A DNA stretch of 64,000 nt from Octopus bimaculoides (Eukaryota): assembly GCF_001194135.2 (NCBI RefSeq), contig NC_068987.1:72478176-72542175 (forward strand). Direction: 5' to 3'. Position numbers and translations under genes: made by a program. Each line of letters opens with the position of its first letter. Position 1 is the stretch's first letter. Positions 48,248 to 62,866 of the stretch are shown piece after piece. A model generated the notes under the pieces. It did no database searches. It saw nothing but the letters and a program-made list of their open reading frames with translations, and had not been told where the DNA came from.

Positions 48248-51200
48248 CTGAAGAAGAAAAAGAATAAAACAAATGAAACATTTTTTTTAATAGTGTAGTC
48301 AGAGAAGGAAAGCAGCACTAATAATCTATGTTTTAGGTTTCCAAGACAATTAGAAGAAAGAGAAGACAATCTTCATTACCTCACACCTGGTTTAAATGCN
48401 NNNNNNNNNNNNNNNNNNNNNNNNNNNNNNNNNNNNNNNNNNNNNNNNTGCTTGCCACAAAGGTGTGGGGGCTCTGCTAAAGGCACTCAGGGCCAAGTGG
48501 TGAGCTTAAATCAGGAGACAGATTAGTGTGTGGAGGCAAACCTCTGTTTCCCTTCTGCAGCTTGTTACACTGTTGTGGCTATGTGGCAACAAGCTTGCTT
48601 CCCAACCACATGGTTCCCGGTTCAGTCCCACTGTGTACCACCTTGGGCAAGTGTCTTCTACTATAGCCTTGGGCTGACCAAAGCTTTGTGAGTGGATTTG
48701 GTAGGCAGAAACTGAAAGAAGCCCATCATGTATATATATATATATATATATTCGTTTACTTGTTTCAGTTATTTGACTGCAGCTATGCTGGAGCACCACT
48801 TTGAAGGGTTTTTAGTCAAGCAAATCGATCCCAGGATTTATTTTTTAAGCCTATTACTTATTTTATCTTTTGCCAAACCACTAAGTTATGGAGACATAAA
48901 TACACCAACAGTGGTTGTCAAGTGGTGATGGGGGGGGGGAACAGACACTAAGATACACACACAGATGTATACTGTGTGAAATGATGATAATACATATATA
49001 CAAATATAAGATGTTATAGATTTGAATGGTGTGAACTGTACAATTGTGCTAACCACTTCACCAAAACAATATCAACTTTGTCCAAATTAGAAGACTTAAC
49101 CAGAGGCCTGTCAATAGGAATCACAGTCCACATTATATCAAGGTTCTAATTGACAGCTGATTGACTCTAATAACTATTCTGTTTCTCTCTTTCTACCACT
49201 CTACCAATTTCATACACACACATAGTATAATTACCAGAGTAAGAACAGGTTGGAAAAAGCTAAGGGAGCTACAATTGCTGCTGGCAAAAATGATCTTTTT
49301 CCCTCAGAGGAACTGAAATACTGCATGATAGTGAGACATGGGCCTCAAATGCAGAAAACTTCACAAGATTGGAAAGTAATGAAGAGAGCATGATCCATTG
49401 GATGTGGAATGTAAGTGTGCATGAATAACAAAAGACAAATGTGTTGAGAGAAAAACTGGGCACAACAGGAATCAGAGGTAGTATGCAAGAAAAAAGACTA
49501 TGCTGGTATGGACATATGATGCTTATGGATGAGACAAGTGCTTAACGTAGCTGGAGCTTTTAGAAGAGAGAGACCCACAAAGACATGGGATGAAGTGGTG
49601 AAGGCTGATCTCAAGATGAGATCAACCTCAAGATGATAACAAAAGACCAGAATGACTGGTGATATATGGTTTTTAGGAAGACCAAACCATCTTAGTGAAA
49701 CAAATTCTGAAAGCACAAAGTGTATGTCTATATATATGTGCATGTGCACAACTGCCCTCAGTTTCCTTCTGAAGATATCCACACCACCTATCTTTCTAGC
49801 TGCAGTATTCTGCCGCTATAATTAAATGTGAGCAGAATTGCATACTTTACCAGCTATCTTCCCAGCTACATATCACCTCTCTCTCTCTCTCTCTCCACTC
49901 TTTCTCTCCTCCTTTTCCTATGTAGTGTACCATTATTATTATTCTGCTGATTTTTACCCACTTTTTCTTGCACTGGCAGTCATTTCCTACTCTCCTCTAA
50001 GACCCATTAACTCGAATATATTTCATTATCCACCATTCACTTCATCCACTCCTCAATCCTACTCAATTTCTATAGTTGTCACCTACCCTGCCTACATATC
50101 ATCCCTCAATATCTTTTCTTCGTTTAATTCACCCACTCACCCATTCCCCATCTCTAAACCAGTTGTTATTCTCCCATACACACTTGCAGTCTCTACTCGT
50201 CCACACTCACAGTTCTATCCCCACTCACATGTCTACTCACTGCATAACTTGAGGGTCCACTCTCACTCCTCATTACTGTTATCTTCTTACTTTCCAGCTC
50301 CACTATAATTGAGTTATATCAAATATCTCAACCAAGTAATGTTTAAAATAATACAGAATAAAACCAATGTGGCCACAGCCTGATAGCTGAAGCTAGTAAG
50401 GGAATAAAAGAACAACACTCACATCTTTGCTTTGGGTTACAAATTTTTCAAATTCTCCTTGGTTGCGACAATAAAATCCTATGGTGCAGCTGGGGTCCAT
50501 GTCTTCAAATGGAAGTTTCCTTGGGGTTGTGCAATGGAATGACTGTAAAATAGAAGATTTTCAAAATATAATTAAGCAGAGATGAGTTATCTTTTATTGT
50601 TTATTTATGCGTCATTGGACTGTGGCCATGCTGGGGTGTCACCTTGAGAATTATTAAGATTATAATAGTGAAGAAATTCACCATACAGCTATATCATTTT
50701 GAATTCTTTATCACTCATGGCACCTTGGGCAAGTGTCTTCTTCTATAACTTTGGGAGAAAGTAGTAGATGGAAACTGTATAGAAGTCCATCTTATGTATG
50801 CATAAGATATCTGTGTGTGTGTGTGTGTGTGTGTGCACGTGTATGTATGATTGTAACAGGGTTTCAGTTTCCATCAACCAAATCTACTCCCAAAGCTTTG
50901 GTTGGCCCATGGCTGTAGTGGAAAACACTTGCTTAAGGTGCTGCGCAGTAGGACTGAACCCAAGACTGCATAGTTGGAAAGCAAGTTTCTTAACCATACA
51001 GCTGCATAAGAAATGGGTTCCAATGCAAGGCAGCTTTGCCAAAGGAGAGAATTATTGTTTGATGTGGTTAATTAATGTGAATAAACAGTTAGAATGAATG
51101 GCAGGCAAATAAAACTGCGCTGAAATAAAACAGAAACATATTTACATAATAGAAATTACAATGGAAGACATGGATGTGATCACATGTAAAGTAAATCTAT

Positions 51201-54200
51201 TGAAAGCTGTTGCTGTAAATAGTTTTCTTTTATATTAGTAAAAAAATTTACACATTTAGTGTTTTTTTTTTTTTTCCAGCAAATGAAACAATCTGTTTGT
51301 TCATTTGTTTTACATCTGTTTTTCCATGCTAGTATGGGTTAGAAGGAAACATATTGAGGCATTGTTTTATGCATGTTATCCTTTGTGACACTAACACTCA
51401 ACTGTTTTTCAAGTGACGGAGTTTTCATCCCCTCCTCTTCAAGAGCACAGAATTAGTAGATGATTTGTAGCTCAGCACTTTTTCCATGTGAAGCACAGAA
51501 TGTAGACATTCACATATATGTCTGCACACACACATCCTCTTCATCATTTAATGTCCATGCTCCTTGCTGGCATGAGTCAGACAATTTGACAGGATCTAGT
51601 AGCGAGTCTGAGGATTGCTTCAAGCTCCATTTCTGCTTTTGTCTGCTTTCTATGACAAAACCATGTGATATCAGGTTCTGTCCCACTGTGTGGTACTTTG
51701 GGCAAATGTCATTTGCTACAGCCACAGGGCAGCTAAAGCTTCATGAGCAGGTTTGATTGAGAGAAACTGAAAGAACCTATTGTGTGTGTGTGTGTGTGTG
51801 TGTGTATATAGGATGTGTGTGTGTGTATATAGGATGTGTGTGTGTGTGTGTACCCTTGTCTAGACATTACATGATGGTTGTAAATGAGCATTATTGTCAT
51901 ACAAGCAATGTTGTTAATATCTAGTCTTGCATGGTAATCAAGTCTTGGTTTGGGGGAAATATAACTTCGCTTGGAAATAGGTGAGGTTTGGCAACAGGAA
52001 GGACATCTGCCTGTAGAAAATCCACCTCAACAGATTTCTTCTGAGCCATGATAATGATAATATGGTGATGGTACATCCCCCACCCTCCACATGCACAATG
52101 GACATTGTGTGGGTCTTCCTCTATTAGAGTTATTCTCAAAGCATTGGCCCAGAGCTATAAGCAGAAGACACTTGTCTAAGGTGCTGTGCCAAGAAATGAA
52201 CACAAAACTACCTGGTTGTAAAGTGAAATTCTTAACCATGCAACCATGCCTATGCCTTCAACTAATGAAACAATCTGTCACTGAAAAACATTTAATTCCT
52301 TTCATACCCCTAAAAATTGGAAAAGCTTTCACTAAAATCCCATATCTTTTCTAGTCATTCTAAGATCCTGCAGTAATGATTAGATTACACTTCACTTGTG
52401 ATACTTAATAAGACCAAAGCTAGAATACTAAAACACAAATCTACTCCTCTCTGCATTCTAATTTCTGTTAAATTTAATAAATTTAAATTCCAGAGTTGTC
52501 TCCCCTTGCTATTTGCGCTCAGAATTTAATAGTCTTATTAATGATTATTCTCCTTACAGAGACTGTAATTATGATTAATTAAAATTCATTTTAATTCTCA
52601 CTTCATTAAATATATTAGTATTGACTTAATTATATGTTAAGGATGGTTGATATTTTTGGTAGAATAAAAAAAAATTAAAAAAACTTTGATAGAGTCTTAA
52701 ATTTGATACAAAAGGGGAAAAGATCAATAAATGAGAGGCAAGAGAGAAGGTAAAAAAAATATAAACTTACTGAAAATGGGAAATCTCCAGACATCACATC
52801 AATGTTGTCTTGGCAATAGTGAGGATCAAAGTATATCAACTTTTTATCTGAAAAATGAATAAAACAATCAACCCTTTGGCATATGAATTGATAACATCTG
52901 GCTTCTGTTGAGTGTGAGTGGGTGGAGGGAGGGGGTGGGGGTGTAAGTGGGGAAAGATAGAGATGAGAGGTAGGAAATGAGGGGAGGCACAAATAAATAA
53001 TACTACTTACCCTGCCAACCAACAAAGTAGAGAGAGTGCTTTGGTTTTCCACCAATAATACCGATACAATGTTCTTCTGCAAGCAGACTCTGAAGGCATG
53101 GAATGTACACAGAGTTAAGGGTTTCTCCACCAAGACGAACAGGAATAAGGACCACCACTGCCCGTTTCCAGCGGTTGCCAGAATCAGGCTCAGGCACTTC
53201 ATGGTTCCCTTCATTTCCATCGCTGTCGTTAGGCACCTTCAACAAAGTGTTGTTGTTGCCAGACATACATAAATCTGCTACGTCTTGTAAATAAACTAAT
53301 TAAAAGAATAGTAAAAGAAAACAACAATCAGAACCATATGAGAATAAACTGACAGCAAGATAATCAAAAACAGATAATTAATAGCTTAACTTCGTTTCAT
53401 TTCATTTCACTTTATTTTTCTGTCATGAAGGTTTCTATTTGACAGAAATTATAACCAGATAAAAATTAACTAAACCCTTTAGCAATTAAACTAGCCAGAT
53501 CTGGCCCAAAATATTCTACTTGTTTCATGCTCAAACTAAATAGATCCAGCCTTTTACACCTAACCTACAAAATCAATCTGAAAATAAACACTCACATAAT
53601 TGAAATCTTGAAGTTATGAAATAATGTATGATGAATTCAAAACAATGTGAATAAATAAGCATTACATTTGACAGAGTGATCTGCATGCGAAAGGGTTAAA
53701 CAAACTCCTGAAACTAGAATTGTGTAAACAGTAATAGAGAACCTTAGATTTTGTGATTGCAATGAAGGCAAAATGGACACTGAAGGTAAGTGGGCTAACA
53801 ACCCCTGGGTAGAGAGTTCAAGTCATATGAAGCTGCTGAAATGTGTTCCAGGTGAGGTCAGGTAATTCTATGTATCTTAATTCACTCCTCTAGGAAACAG
53901 GTACAAGTACTTTTATGGTGAAGTTATTTTCAATAAACTAATACCACATGAAAAAAAAAATAAAGTTACCTTCTCGAGTCATACTAACTCATAAGGGCCA
54001 ATTTCTCGGTTTCATGGCATATGAATTCCCCACCAGGACAGTCACTAGTCTGTCACAAGATTACTCATTTTTGGCAGCTGAGTGGACTGGAGCAATGTGA
54101 AATGAAGTGTTTTGCTCAAGAACACAACGCATTGTCCAGAAATCAAAACCACAGTCTTACGATCATGAGTCCAACACCCTAACCACTAAGCCATGCACCT

Positions 54201-54343
54201 CCACAATACCACAACCATGAAGTAATTTTCCTTCATTTGCTTAATACTACAATATTCAGAGTTAGGTACCAGCTCTATGGTGAACTATGTGGTTTATGAA
54301 AAGATTAATTTTGTGTGTATGTGTGTGTGTGTGGAGAGAGGGG

Positions 54344-54384
<41 letters not shown>

Positions 54385-57300
54385 TTTCACAGCAAGCTGA
54401 AATAAATAGGCCGTCAGTTTCCATCACTGGTACACAACTGCATAAGTGACAAAAAAAACCATGTCAATGGTCCAGACTACTTTATTTCAATGGCTCTACC
54501 TAAACATCTGTTTAAATGTACACATGTATATAATTTCTTTTTTTTTTTACATTATAGTCAAGAGAGAAGGCAGAGTCCATGACACTGTACAGGGCTTATG
54601 ATACTAGTAAGAGGAATAGAAGAGGTTATCCTCAAATCAAAGGCTCAGTCCAAATAATTGAAGACTTCATTTATCATACCTTGGCTGATAAACTTAATTC
54701 ATCACTCAATTTTACATCATCACCTGGCACCTTGACTACCAAGTTGGCCATGGTGGGATTTGAATTCACAACACAAAGAACCGAAACAAATATCGCAAGG
54801 TATCTGGCCTGACATTCTAACAGTTCACTAACCTACTTTGGTACTTTTCATTAGTTCCAAAATAATTATAAGTCTAAGTTGACCTTGATCGGATTTGAAC
54901 TCAGACTATAGAATATAGAGTCCAGAACAAGTACCACAAAACATTCAATTGGATACTCTAATGACTTTGCCAATTCACTGCCATTAAATGTGATGAATAC
55001 TATAGAGCAGAAATAAAAATAGGTTAGTCACAACAAGAATCAGACTTAATACTGCACAAAGTACCAAACAGTTGATTTCATATACCTACCAGTGCAGTCG
55101 GCAGCTACATACACGCACATCTCCCTTAGAACAGGTTGGCACTCATAACTCTTCTCCATTGCCAATCTAAAAAGATATAAAATTAAATCAGCTGAATAAT
55201 GACAAGGATAATTAGGTTAATTAAGTTAATGAACTTGTGGAAATCATTCTTATACACATTATAATAATATGCACATTGTAGTTAGTATGTCTGCAGTTCT
55301 AATAGACTATTAAAGACTAATAAGTAAATAACTTTCATTATTGTGTATACTGACCTCAGCATTGTAGCTACAGTGGCTGGCCCATACCATTCTCCAGGCT
55401 TCCGTCCTAGAGTTGAGCCAATATCCACTAGCTGATGTACAGAGAAGGGGCACTGTTGGTAGTCTGCAAACCATTTAATAATCTGGCGGTAAACATTCAG
55501 GTCTTTATCCCGATGCTGAAGCCGCCAACCTAGTAATAAAAAAGAAAAAAATATATGTCAGACATGCTATACTGGAATAAGAATAGGTGTAGCTGTATGG
55601 TAAGAAGTTTGCTTCCCAACCACATGGTTTCAGGTTCAGTCCCACTGAGTGGCACCTTGGGCAAGTGGTGTCTTCTACTATAACCTTGGTCCAACCTAAG
55701 CCTTGTGAGTGAATTTGGTTGACAAACTGAAAGAACCCTGTTTTGTGTATGTGTGTCTCATCATGTTGAACACTGCACATTTTTTGTCTCTCCATTTTTT
55801 TTTCCTCTTAATCCTTTCTGTCAAGTGTAGGCTTGAAATGTAAAAGACTTTTCCATTCTTCATAAGTGTTAAACTAATACACTTGCTTGTTGTTCCTACA
55901 CCTGTTTTCATATTTTGTTTTCTGTGGATTTACTTTTCGTAATGAGATAAAAAAACCAAGGCTGTGTATATTTTAGAACATTTATAGATAGAAGGTCTTA
56001 CAGCTGTTTTCAGGATATTTATTATATCCCTTCATCAGAGATGGTGTGAGAAGAAGGTTAAGCAATAGTTAATTTAGATAAGATAGGAAATAGAGAGTGA
56101 ATGCAGGGATATTTTATTTGTAACATACATGCCTACTGTCTCCAAGCAATCACTGGGCTCTGAGCACATGACCTAAATTGTATAGGCCATGTATCTACAA
56201 TGTATGAGCAAGATCGTTACCAGTGCCGCTGGACTGGCTCCTGTGCAGGTGGCACATAAAATACACCATTTTGAGCATGGCTGTTGTCAGTACCGCCTGA
56301 CTGGCCTTCGTGCCAGTGGCATATAAAAGCACCCACTACACTCTCGGAGTGGTTGGCATTAGGAAGGGCATCCAGCTGTAGAAACTCTGCCAAATCAGAT
56401 TGGAGCCTGGTGTAGCCATCTGGTTAACCAGTCCTCAGTCAAATCGTCCAACCCATGCTAGCATGGAAAGCGGACGTTAAACGATGATGATGATGATGAT
56501 ACATATATTTATTTATAATTATTCATGTGGAGGGGCAAGCTAGAGGTAGTAGATAGCTTCCGTTATCTAGGTGACCAATCCTTAAAATCTACTGAAATAT
56601 GCAATTCCATGACATGAAACTTATTTACCTATTGATTCCCTTGTTACATGGAGGTCAATAAACATGAATTCAATGGGAAAATATGTTCTGCATTGTAAGG
56701 GCAATACATGCTTTAGTAAGATATTTGAGGAATGCAACTCTTCTATAATACGGGAGATGTCTACAATTATTAAATGGCTAATTAAAATACAACTGATGTT
56801 GAGTAACACTTACCTCTGCCAAAAAAATGTGTAATAAATCCTTGTGCTAACATCATCTGCCCAGACCGTATCATACAACCCCACCCACAATCTGTTGTGA
56901 ACTTAGTGCCCTTAAAAGGTTCAAAGTCACGCCGATATGTAAACCATAGTCGACTTGCAAAATCCATTTTAAACAGCTCCATATTGTTCACACGATTACT
57001 CTGACCAATCTCTTTGCCTTTGCCATCAACTTCATCTGAAATAAGCATCAAGAAATTATTAGAAAAGAACACAACTCAAAGTGGATTTTTTTCTTTTACC
57101 TGAAATGGAATTTCATCTGTTTAATTAAACACTGTGAAAATTACAGAAAACAATGATAATAACAAAACTGGAATAAAGTTTCCTCTTCAAATCATTATTC
57201 TAATGAGTGCCACTAAAGATTTTGACACCCTATATAGTCTGTGACAAACAAGATAGTTTGGCAGGATTTGAAGTCCAAATGTAAAAGATTGTAGCTAAAT

Positions 57301-60300
57301 ACTACAAAGCATTTTGTCCAATGTATCAATGATTCTATTGATTCCCTACCCTCTTAATAATAATAATAATGATAATGGTCTCAAATTTCAGCACAAGGCC
57401 AGCAATTGTAAAGGGTAGGGTAAGTTGATTACATTAAGCCCAGTACTTGACTGGTACTTATTTTATTGGCCCAAAAAGGATGAAAAGTAAAGGTAACTTT
57501 GGATGAACTTAAGCTCAGAATGTAAAGATGGACGAAATGCCAATAATAATAATAAAGATAAGAAGTATGGTGAGATGGAAAACTGAACTGACATTTTATG
57601 GAAAAAGCTTGGGCATCCTGGGTATCAGAAGAGGGATTTTCCAGGGTGATAACCTATCTCCATTGCTTTTTGTTCTCTGCATGATACCCTTGGCCTTGGT
57701 ACTATGGAAAATGTACCTGGGGTACTAACTAAAGGAAAAATCCCAAACAATCAACCACCTCCTCTTCATGGATGGTTTGAAACTGTATGGCAAAGATGTG
57801 AAACAAGTAAGTTCCTTGGTGAACACGGTCCACTGTTTTAGTACTGATATTAGAATGGAATTTGGATTTAAGGAGTGTAGAATAATCTACCTAAAAAGAG
57901 GCAATTACTGAACAGAGACTTGATTAAACAATCTGAAACGGAAGGATACAAATACCTTGGTGTACTCAAGATGACTTCAATACTTGAGTTTGATGTAATC
58001 AACTAAACTTCCACAACTAAAAATTACTGGTCTTCTGCCTAAATTATTATTATTATTATTATTAGGTTCTTTGTATTTTGAAATACTTTGTACTATAAAA
58101 AAAGCAACATTTGCTTTTTTTCATAGTATGTGAGAAATATTTTGTATGGAATGATGAGCATGATGTAGCTGTATGTGTGTGTGCTGTATCTGAATGTGTG
58201 TGTGTTTGTATGTGTGAGTATGTTTGTATGTGTGAGTATGTTTGTGTGTATGTATGACTGTGTGCGCATGAGAGAGAAAAAGAGAGAGATAGAGAGAGTG
58301 CAAGAGAGAAAGCTATAGGGTGTGTTTATAAGTGTGTAAGAGAAACGTCTGTATGTAAAGGTCATTACTGAATCTGTAATTGTATGTGGAGGTGGATCAT
58401 ACATCAACTTGTGCGTATTAAATTACAGTCAGCTCATTTCTATTTATATATACATACACACATACATACTTACATACACACATATACACACTTGTATATT
58501 ACCACATTCATATACATGCATGTACACATCTGCACTCATACACACACATATATATATATCTGAATTAACATACACATACACAAGCATGTAAAATCACCAT
58601 CATTTTACATCTGCTTTCTATACTAGCATGGGCCGGATGAGTCACCATGCTCTTCATCTGGAATTACTATCCTTCATGACAGGTTGGAGGACCACATCTC
58701 ACACTTACATTCCCTTTTTTCTTGGTGTGGTTCATATGGTAGGATACCCTTCCTAACACTAACTAGTTTAGAGAGTGTACAGCATGTATTGTCTAAGCAC
58801 AGATGTAAATATAAAAAATTAATTAGAAATAACCAACACATGTTCTGTGGAGGTGCATAGATTAGTGGTTAGGGTGTTGGACTCATGAGTGTAAGATTGT
58901 GGTATCAATTCCTGGACTGAGCAATGCATTGTATTCTTGAGCAAAACACTTCGTTTCATATTGCTCCAGTCCACTCAGCTTGTAAAAATGAGTAATCCTG
59001 TGACGGACCAACATCTTGCCCAGTGAGGGATAAATATGCTAGAAAAACTGGGAAACCAACCCTCGGCTTCATCATCATCATTTAATGTCCATCTTCCATG
59101 CTGGCATGGGTGGAATGGTGTGACAAGAGAGAAGCCAGACAGAAGCCTGCACCAGACTTCTGTAACAGTTTTGGCAGGATTTTTACAGCTGGATGCCTTT
59201 CCTAACACCAACCACTCAGCAGAGTGAACTGNNNNNNNNNNNNNNNNNNNNNNNNNNNNNNNNNNNNNNNNNNNNNNNNNNNNNNNNNNNNNNNNNNNNN
59301 NNNNNNNNNNNNNNNNNNNNNNNNNNNNNNNNNNNNNNNNNNNNNNNNNNNNNNNNNNNNNNNNNNNNNNNNNNNNNNNNNNNNNNNNNNNNNNNNNNNN
59401 NNNNNNNNNNNNNNNNNNNNNNNNNNNNNNNNNNNNNNNNNNNNNNNNNNNNNNNNNNNNNNNNNNNNNNNNNNNNNNNNNNNNNNNNNNNNNNNNNNNN
59501 NNNNNNNNNNNNNNNNNNNNNNNNNNNNACAGAAGCCTGCACCAGACTTCTGTAACAGTTTTGGCAGGATTTTTACAGCTGGATGCCTTTCCTAACACCA
59601 ACCACTCAGCAGAGTGAACTGGGTGCTTTTTACATGGCACAAGCACAGGTGAGGTCAGTTTTGGCAATGTTTTTACAGCTGGATGCCCTACCAAACACCA
59701 ACAGTGTGGACTGGGTGCTTTTAAGTGGCACCTGCACTGACAGGGTCACCAAGTACTTGCAAAAAAATAAATAAAAACTCTTTTGAGAGGGAAGGTGGCA
59801 TCAGAGGAGGTGATCTTGTGTCAGATGATGAAAGGTGAGGCAGAGAGGTAGAAACAGGTGTCTTGCTGTAGAGGAGGTACAAGGTTTCCCGGTCGGAGAG
59901 AGATCAGGAATGAGGACAGAAACAGGTGTACTGCTGCAAAGGAAACACATGGTTACCCAACCTGAGAGGAGTGCAGGAGAAGGAGAGAAAGTCGGAGATA
60001 GCAGGATAGAGATGGTGGCAAAGTACTGGGCATACTCACAAGGGACGGGAATCAGAATATAAATGGGATGGTTGAGTAAAGGAAGAGAGAGATATAGATG
60101 GTGGCAAGAGCCAGGGCCTTATGGAGCAATAAGAAATAACCAACACATGTTGTATATATAATGTGTAGTATGGCTGGATGGTTAAAAATTTGCTTTGCAG
60201 CCAAGAGGTCTTGGGTTCAACACCACAGTGCTTACATAAAGTGCATAGTAAAAACAGGTAGTTTAATAGAGAAAGTCTAATTGAGACCATTTAGGGTATA

Positions 60301-61115
60301 TAGTTAGAGGATCTAAATGCAGTATTAAGAAGTTTATTGATAAACTCAAGTGTAAAACAAAAAGTTGGTACCATTACTAACAGTACATCAATGACCCTAT
60401 TCAGCCAAAACAACACTGTAAACCATCAGGTTACATTATCAGCTTCTAAAGTTAGTTTGTGCTAAGAGTGCTTTCCGCATACTAATTTTCCATACAGCAT
60501 CTGCTTTGGAACCATCTAATCATTCATTTGTTCAAGGTGATTGGTCCAATGTAAATTGTGCTTGCATACCATAACCTCAATACTTAAATTTTGATTCCCT
60601 TCAAAATCTCTGTGTCTAGAGTCTATGAGGAGCAGCTAATATTCAAAATATGTCATAAGCATCTCAAATAAAAGCACATAGTGCTTGAATAGGATCCATG
60701 TCACAAACAAAGAAAGGAAGTCAATACACAGGTATGATAAACATTTATCAACCTTGCAATGCCTTCTTGAGATCAGACTTATGACATGTCAAGACTGAAA
60801 AACTGTGAAGGAATCAGTTGCTTTCTAAAGCCTTCGAGGTATTTCAACTAAGATAGACTATTTTAGAATTGTGTTTCCTATGGCAGACTGGTACATTACA
60901 ACAATCTTGTTTGGACTAATTCTGAGTCCAAATATCTTATAAGATGTAGAATCAAGATCTATGAGAATTTGAATGTCCTTAGCAGTAAGTGCCATCATCT
61001 TCTTAACCAGTTGGAGTCATCTCATCTGCATTAAGGAGATCATTAATAAAAGATTGAAAAACTTTTGCATTCGCAGCAAAACAATGTAAATTGAAGAGAT
61101 GATCATAAGATTGCT

Positions 61116-61150
<35 letters not shown>

Positions 61151-62866
61151 CTTAAGAGTAAAGGCACATGTGAGAGTAACAATGAAATACAAGAAAAAGA
61201 GAGTTGAGGCAAGGATGTCTTCTTGTTGATACCGTTTCTACAGGAATGGCTCCTGCCATGCTCCCACTAACACTGACTCATGCTTCCATGTTACAAAATG
61301 GTTTAATTAACAATATAAAGTGTTCTGAACAACCAAAATTTATGGAGTAACTCTCATAGATATGCATTATTCACAGAATAAAAGTTTTTTTATTAGATCA
61401 ATGTAAACCCTAAGAAAGACCATGTTCTGCTTATAGTGCCTTACCTGTATCTGTCTTGCTGTGAAAATAATATCCATTGGTCATCTATCAGAATAGAAAC
61501 CACTCTGAGATCCAGGAAGGATATCAATTAAAAGGGGTTTATTCAGGTGAGTAAGAAAAATTCCTGCCAGAACCTTGCCAACAGCTGACATTAAAGTGAT
61601 TCCTCTATGGCTCTATGCTCTATTCTGACACTCCTTCCTTTCGAAAGAGGTGACATAATTGCTTCTTTCCATTGTTTGGAAATAGCATTGCTTTTCTAGA
61701 TTACACGAAGTTCATGAAGACTGTGTGATATGAATTTCACCAAAGTGCAAGACTGTAATGCAGATTCCAATCTTTAACTTTCTTACAAAAGTGAACACAT
61801 TAGATAATGTGATACCCATCATTCACCAAACCTAGATACCCATCATTCACCAAAATATAGAATAATCTCAGTTGTATTACTTTTGATCATAGATCTGCTT
61901 GATCAGCATTGAACTGGAACCAAACAACAACATTTTGGGACTGACTGGCCTTTATTGAATAAAATAACCAGAATTTGTTTGTCAGTCAGGTTTAGGCAAC
62001 CAGAATTAATAATGAGTTTTGGGCAGAGACACAATACAATGACTATAGAGGGATTGAATTCATGATCCTCCTTTAGCATTTAAGGCAGCCATATCCAGCT
62101 AAAACATACTACTTGTTTTATGTTTAAACTGGTCAAATCCAGTTTCTAACAGCTATCATACAACGTCATACTAAGAGTAAACAATCACTTCATTGAAATC
62201 TCAAAGCTATGAGATAATGCATGATTAACTCAAAAGGATATGAATAAATAAGCATTATATTATAACTGAATAATCTGTTATATATTACATTATAACAGAA
62301 TAATCTGAATGCTAAAGGGTTAAACTCCCAATGGAGATGTAGAGGTACCATCATGACATGCTGTGCACCAGTCTTTTCTTTCTGTCAAGAGATCAACATC
62401 TAATGGTTTCCCTCTCCATTCCTTGATGTATTGTCCATCCATCTCTTTGTGTCTGTTTCACCTTCTTTTCTCTTCTAACTCACTTACACACAGGATGTCC
62501 TACATGGTTGTTAAGTCTGCAAGAAATAGAAGCCAAATTGTTGTCAAATGACATCCTATTATCTTGAAAAAGAAAGACACATTGTTTAATGTGATCTATG
62601 ATGTATTGTGCCAAGGAAGAAGTAGTGATGGTCATGCTAGAATGTTTTTCATCAAAGGTCTTTTCTGACAGACCTCATCAAGGGCTATACGAAAACAACT
62701 GCAACATCAACAATAAATAAAGAAAAATGAGTCACCGTTCAAAAGGAGAAAGAATTAAAATAAATGAGAATTAATAAGTTACCATCATGTCGTCTATGAT
62801 AATGTTCTCCAAGGAGGAAAATAGGGCTGTCATAGCGAAAACTTGTCTTTCGGTTCAACGTCCAAC
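48074..62866 (-). CDS. ATG4: ATG4C/D-type cysteine protease (peptidase C54), 5'-partial: complement join(62783-62866,56814-57035,55355-55529,55090-55166,53011-53295,52771-52847,50423-50542,48074-48247); about 403 aa visible
   Basis: All introns are GT-AG and phase-compatible. Motifs: [30 protein letters not shown] (catalytic Cys 56875-56877), [39 protein letters not shown] (catalytic Asp/His) and [11 protein letters not shown]. The [18 protein letters not shown]-terminal block and DDFVVL* end point to the C/D subfamily. Confidence 0.95.
48575..48745 (+). mobile_element. CORE-type tRNA SINE family (GTTCAGTCCCACTG..GCACCTTGGGCAAGTGTCTTCTACTATAGC...GGAAACTGAAAGAAGCCC). Others at about 11580-11750(-), 13270-13420(-), 20965-21130, 36750-36900, 37447-37620, 39940-40100, 50860-51005(-) and 55590-55750
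   Basis: B-box plus ACCTTGGGCAAGT core and (TA/TG)n tails; many copies. Confidence 0.8.
49290..49715 (+). mobile_element. RTE LINE ORF 3' fragment; a further small piece of the same family lies at about 56520-56760
   Basis: [49 protein letters not shown]; [15 protein letters not shown] at about 56530. Confidence 0.8.
50423..50542 (-). CDS. ATG4: ATG4 exon ([40 protein letters not shown])
   Basis: ttacag / gtgagt, 120 nt. Confidence 0.97.
52771..52847 (-). CDS. ATG4: ATG4 exon with catalytic Asp/His ([26 protein letters not shown])
   Basis: tttcag / gtaagt, 77 nt. Confidence 0.97.
53011..53295 (-). CDS. ATG4: ATG4 exon ([10 protein letters not shown]...[10 protein letters not shown]...[14 protein letters not shown])
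   Basis: aattag / gtaagt, 285 nt. Confidence 0.97.
55090..55166 (-). CDS. ATG4: ATG4 exon ([25 protein letters not shown])
   Basis: ttttag / gtaggt, 77 nt. Confidence 0.95.
55355..55529 (-). CDS. ATG4: ATG4 exon (WRLQHRDKD...CPFSVHQLV...[14 protein letters not shown])
   Basis: tactag / gtcagt, 175 nt. Confidence 0.96.
56814..57035 (-). CDS. ATG4: ATG4 exon with catalytic Cys (DEVDG...[27 protein letters not shown])
   Basis: tttcag / gtaagt, 222 nt. Confidence 0.97.
57540..57970 (+). mobile_element. R4/Dong-like LINE reverse-transcriptase fragment in an ATG4 intron
   Basis: [24 protein letters not shown] ... [15 protein letters not shown] ... DIRMEFG, with stops. Confidence 0.85.
60420..61790 (-). 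mobile_element. Ancient RTE (BovB/RTE-1-like) LINE RT region, heavily degenerate and split by a (TA)n run
   Basis: [10 protein letters not shown]; [17 protein letters not shown]; [22 protein letters not shown]; YIDLIKNFYSVN; DLLNADE; [10 protein letters not shown]; [16 protein letters not shown]. Confidence 0.8.
62783..62866 (-). CDS. ATG4: ATG4 exon ([27 protein letters not shown])
   Basis: aattag / gtaact on the minus strand, 84 nt, phase 1-1. Confidence 0.9.

Noticed and set aside
48380-48448. Possible ATG4 micro-exon beside or inside the N gap (the D|LKQKGLYP junction seems a few residues short of vertebrate paralogs as recalled)
   Set aside because: The direct join is in frame and no supported acceptor is visible. 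It cannot be judged without transcripts or gap closure.
59139-59621. Identical ~90-bp direct repeat on both sides of an N gap
   Set aside because: Typical overlap of adjacent contigs in scaffolding, not a biological duplication.
61445-61484. Apparent extra ATG4 exon with a strong CAG|GTAAGG donor
   Set aside because: At 40 nt it would frameshift. The sequence is part of an RTE RT remnant ([12 protein letters not shown]), and the flanking exons already join in phase.
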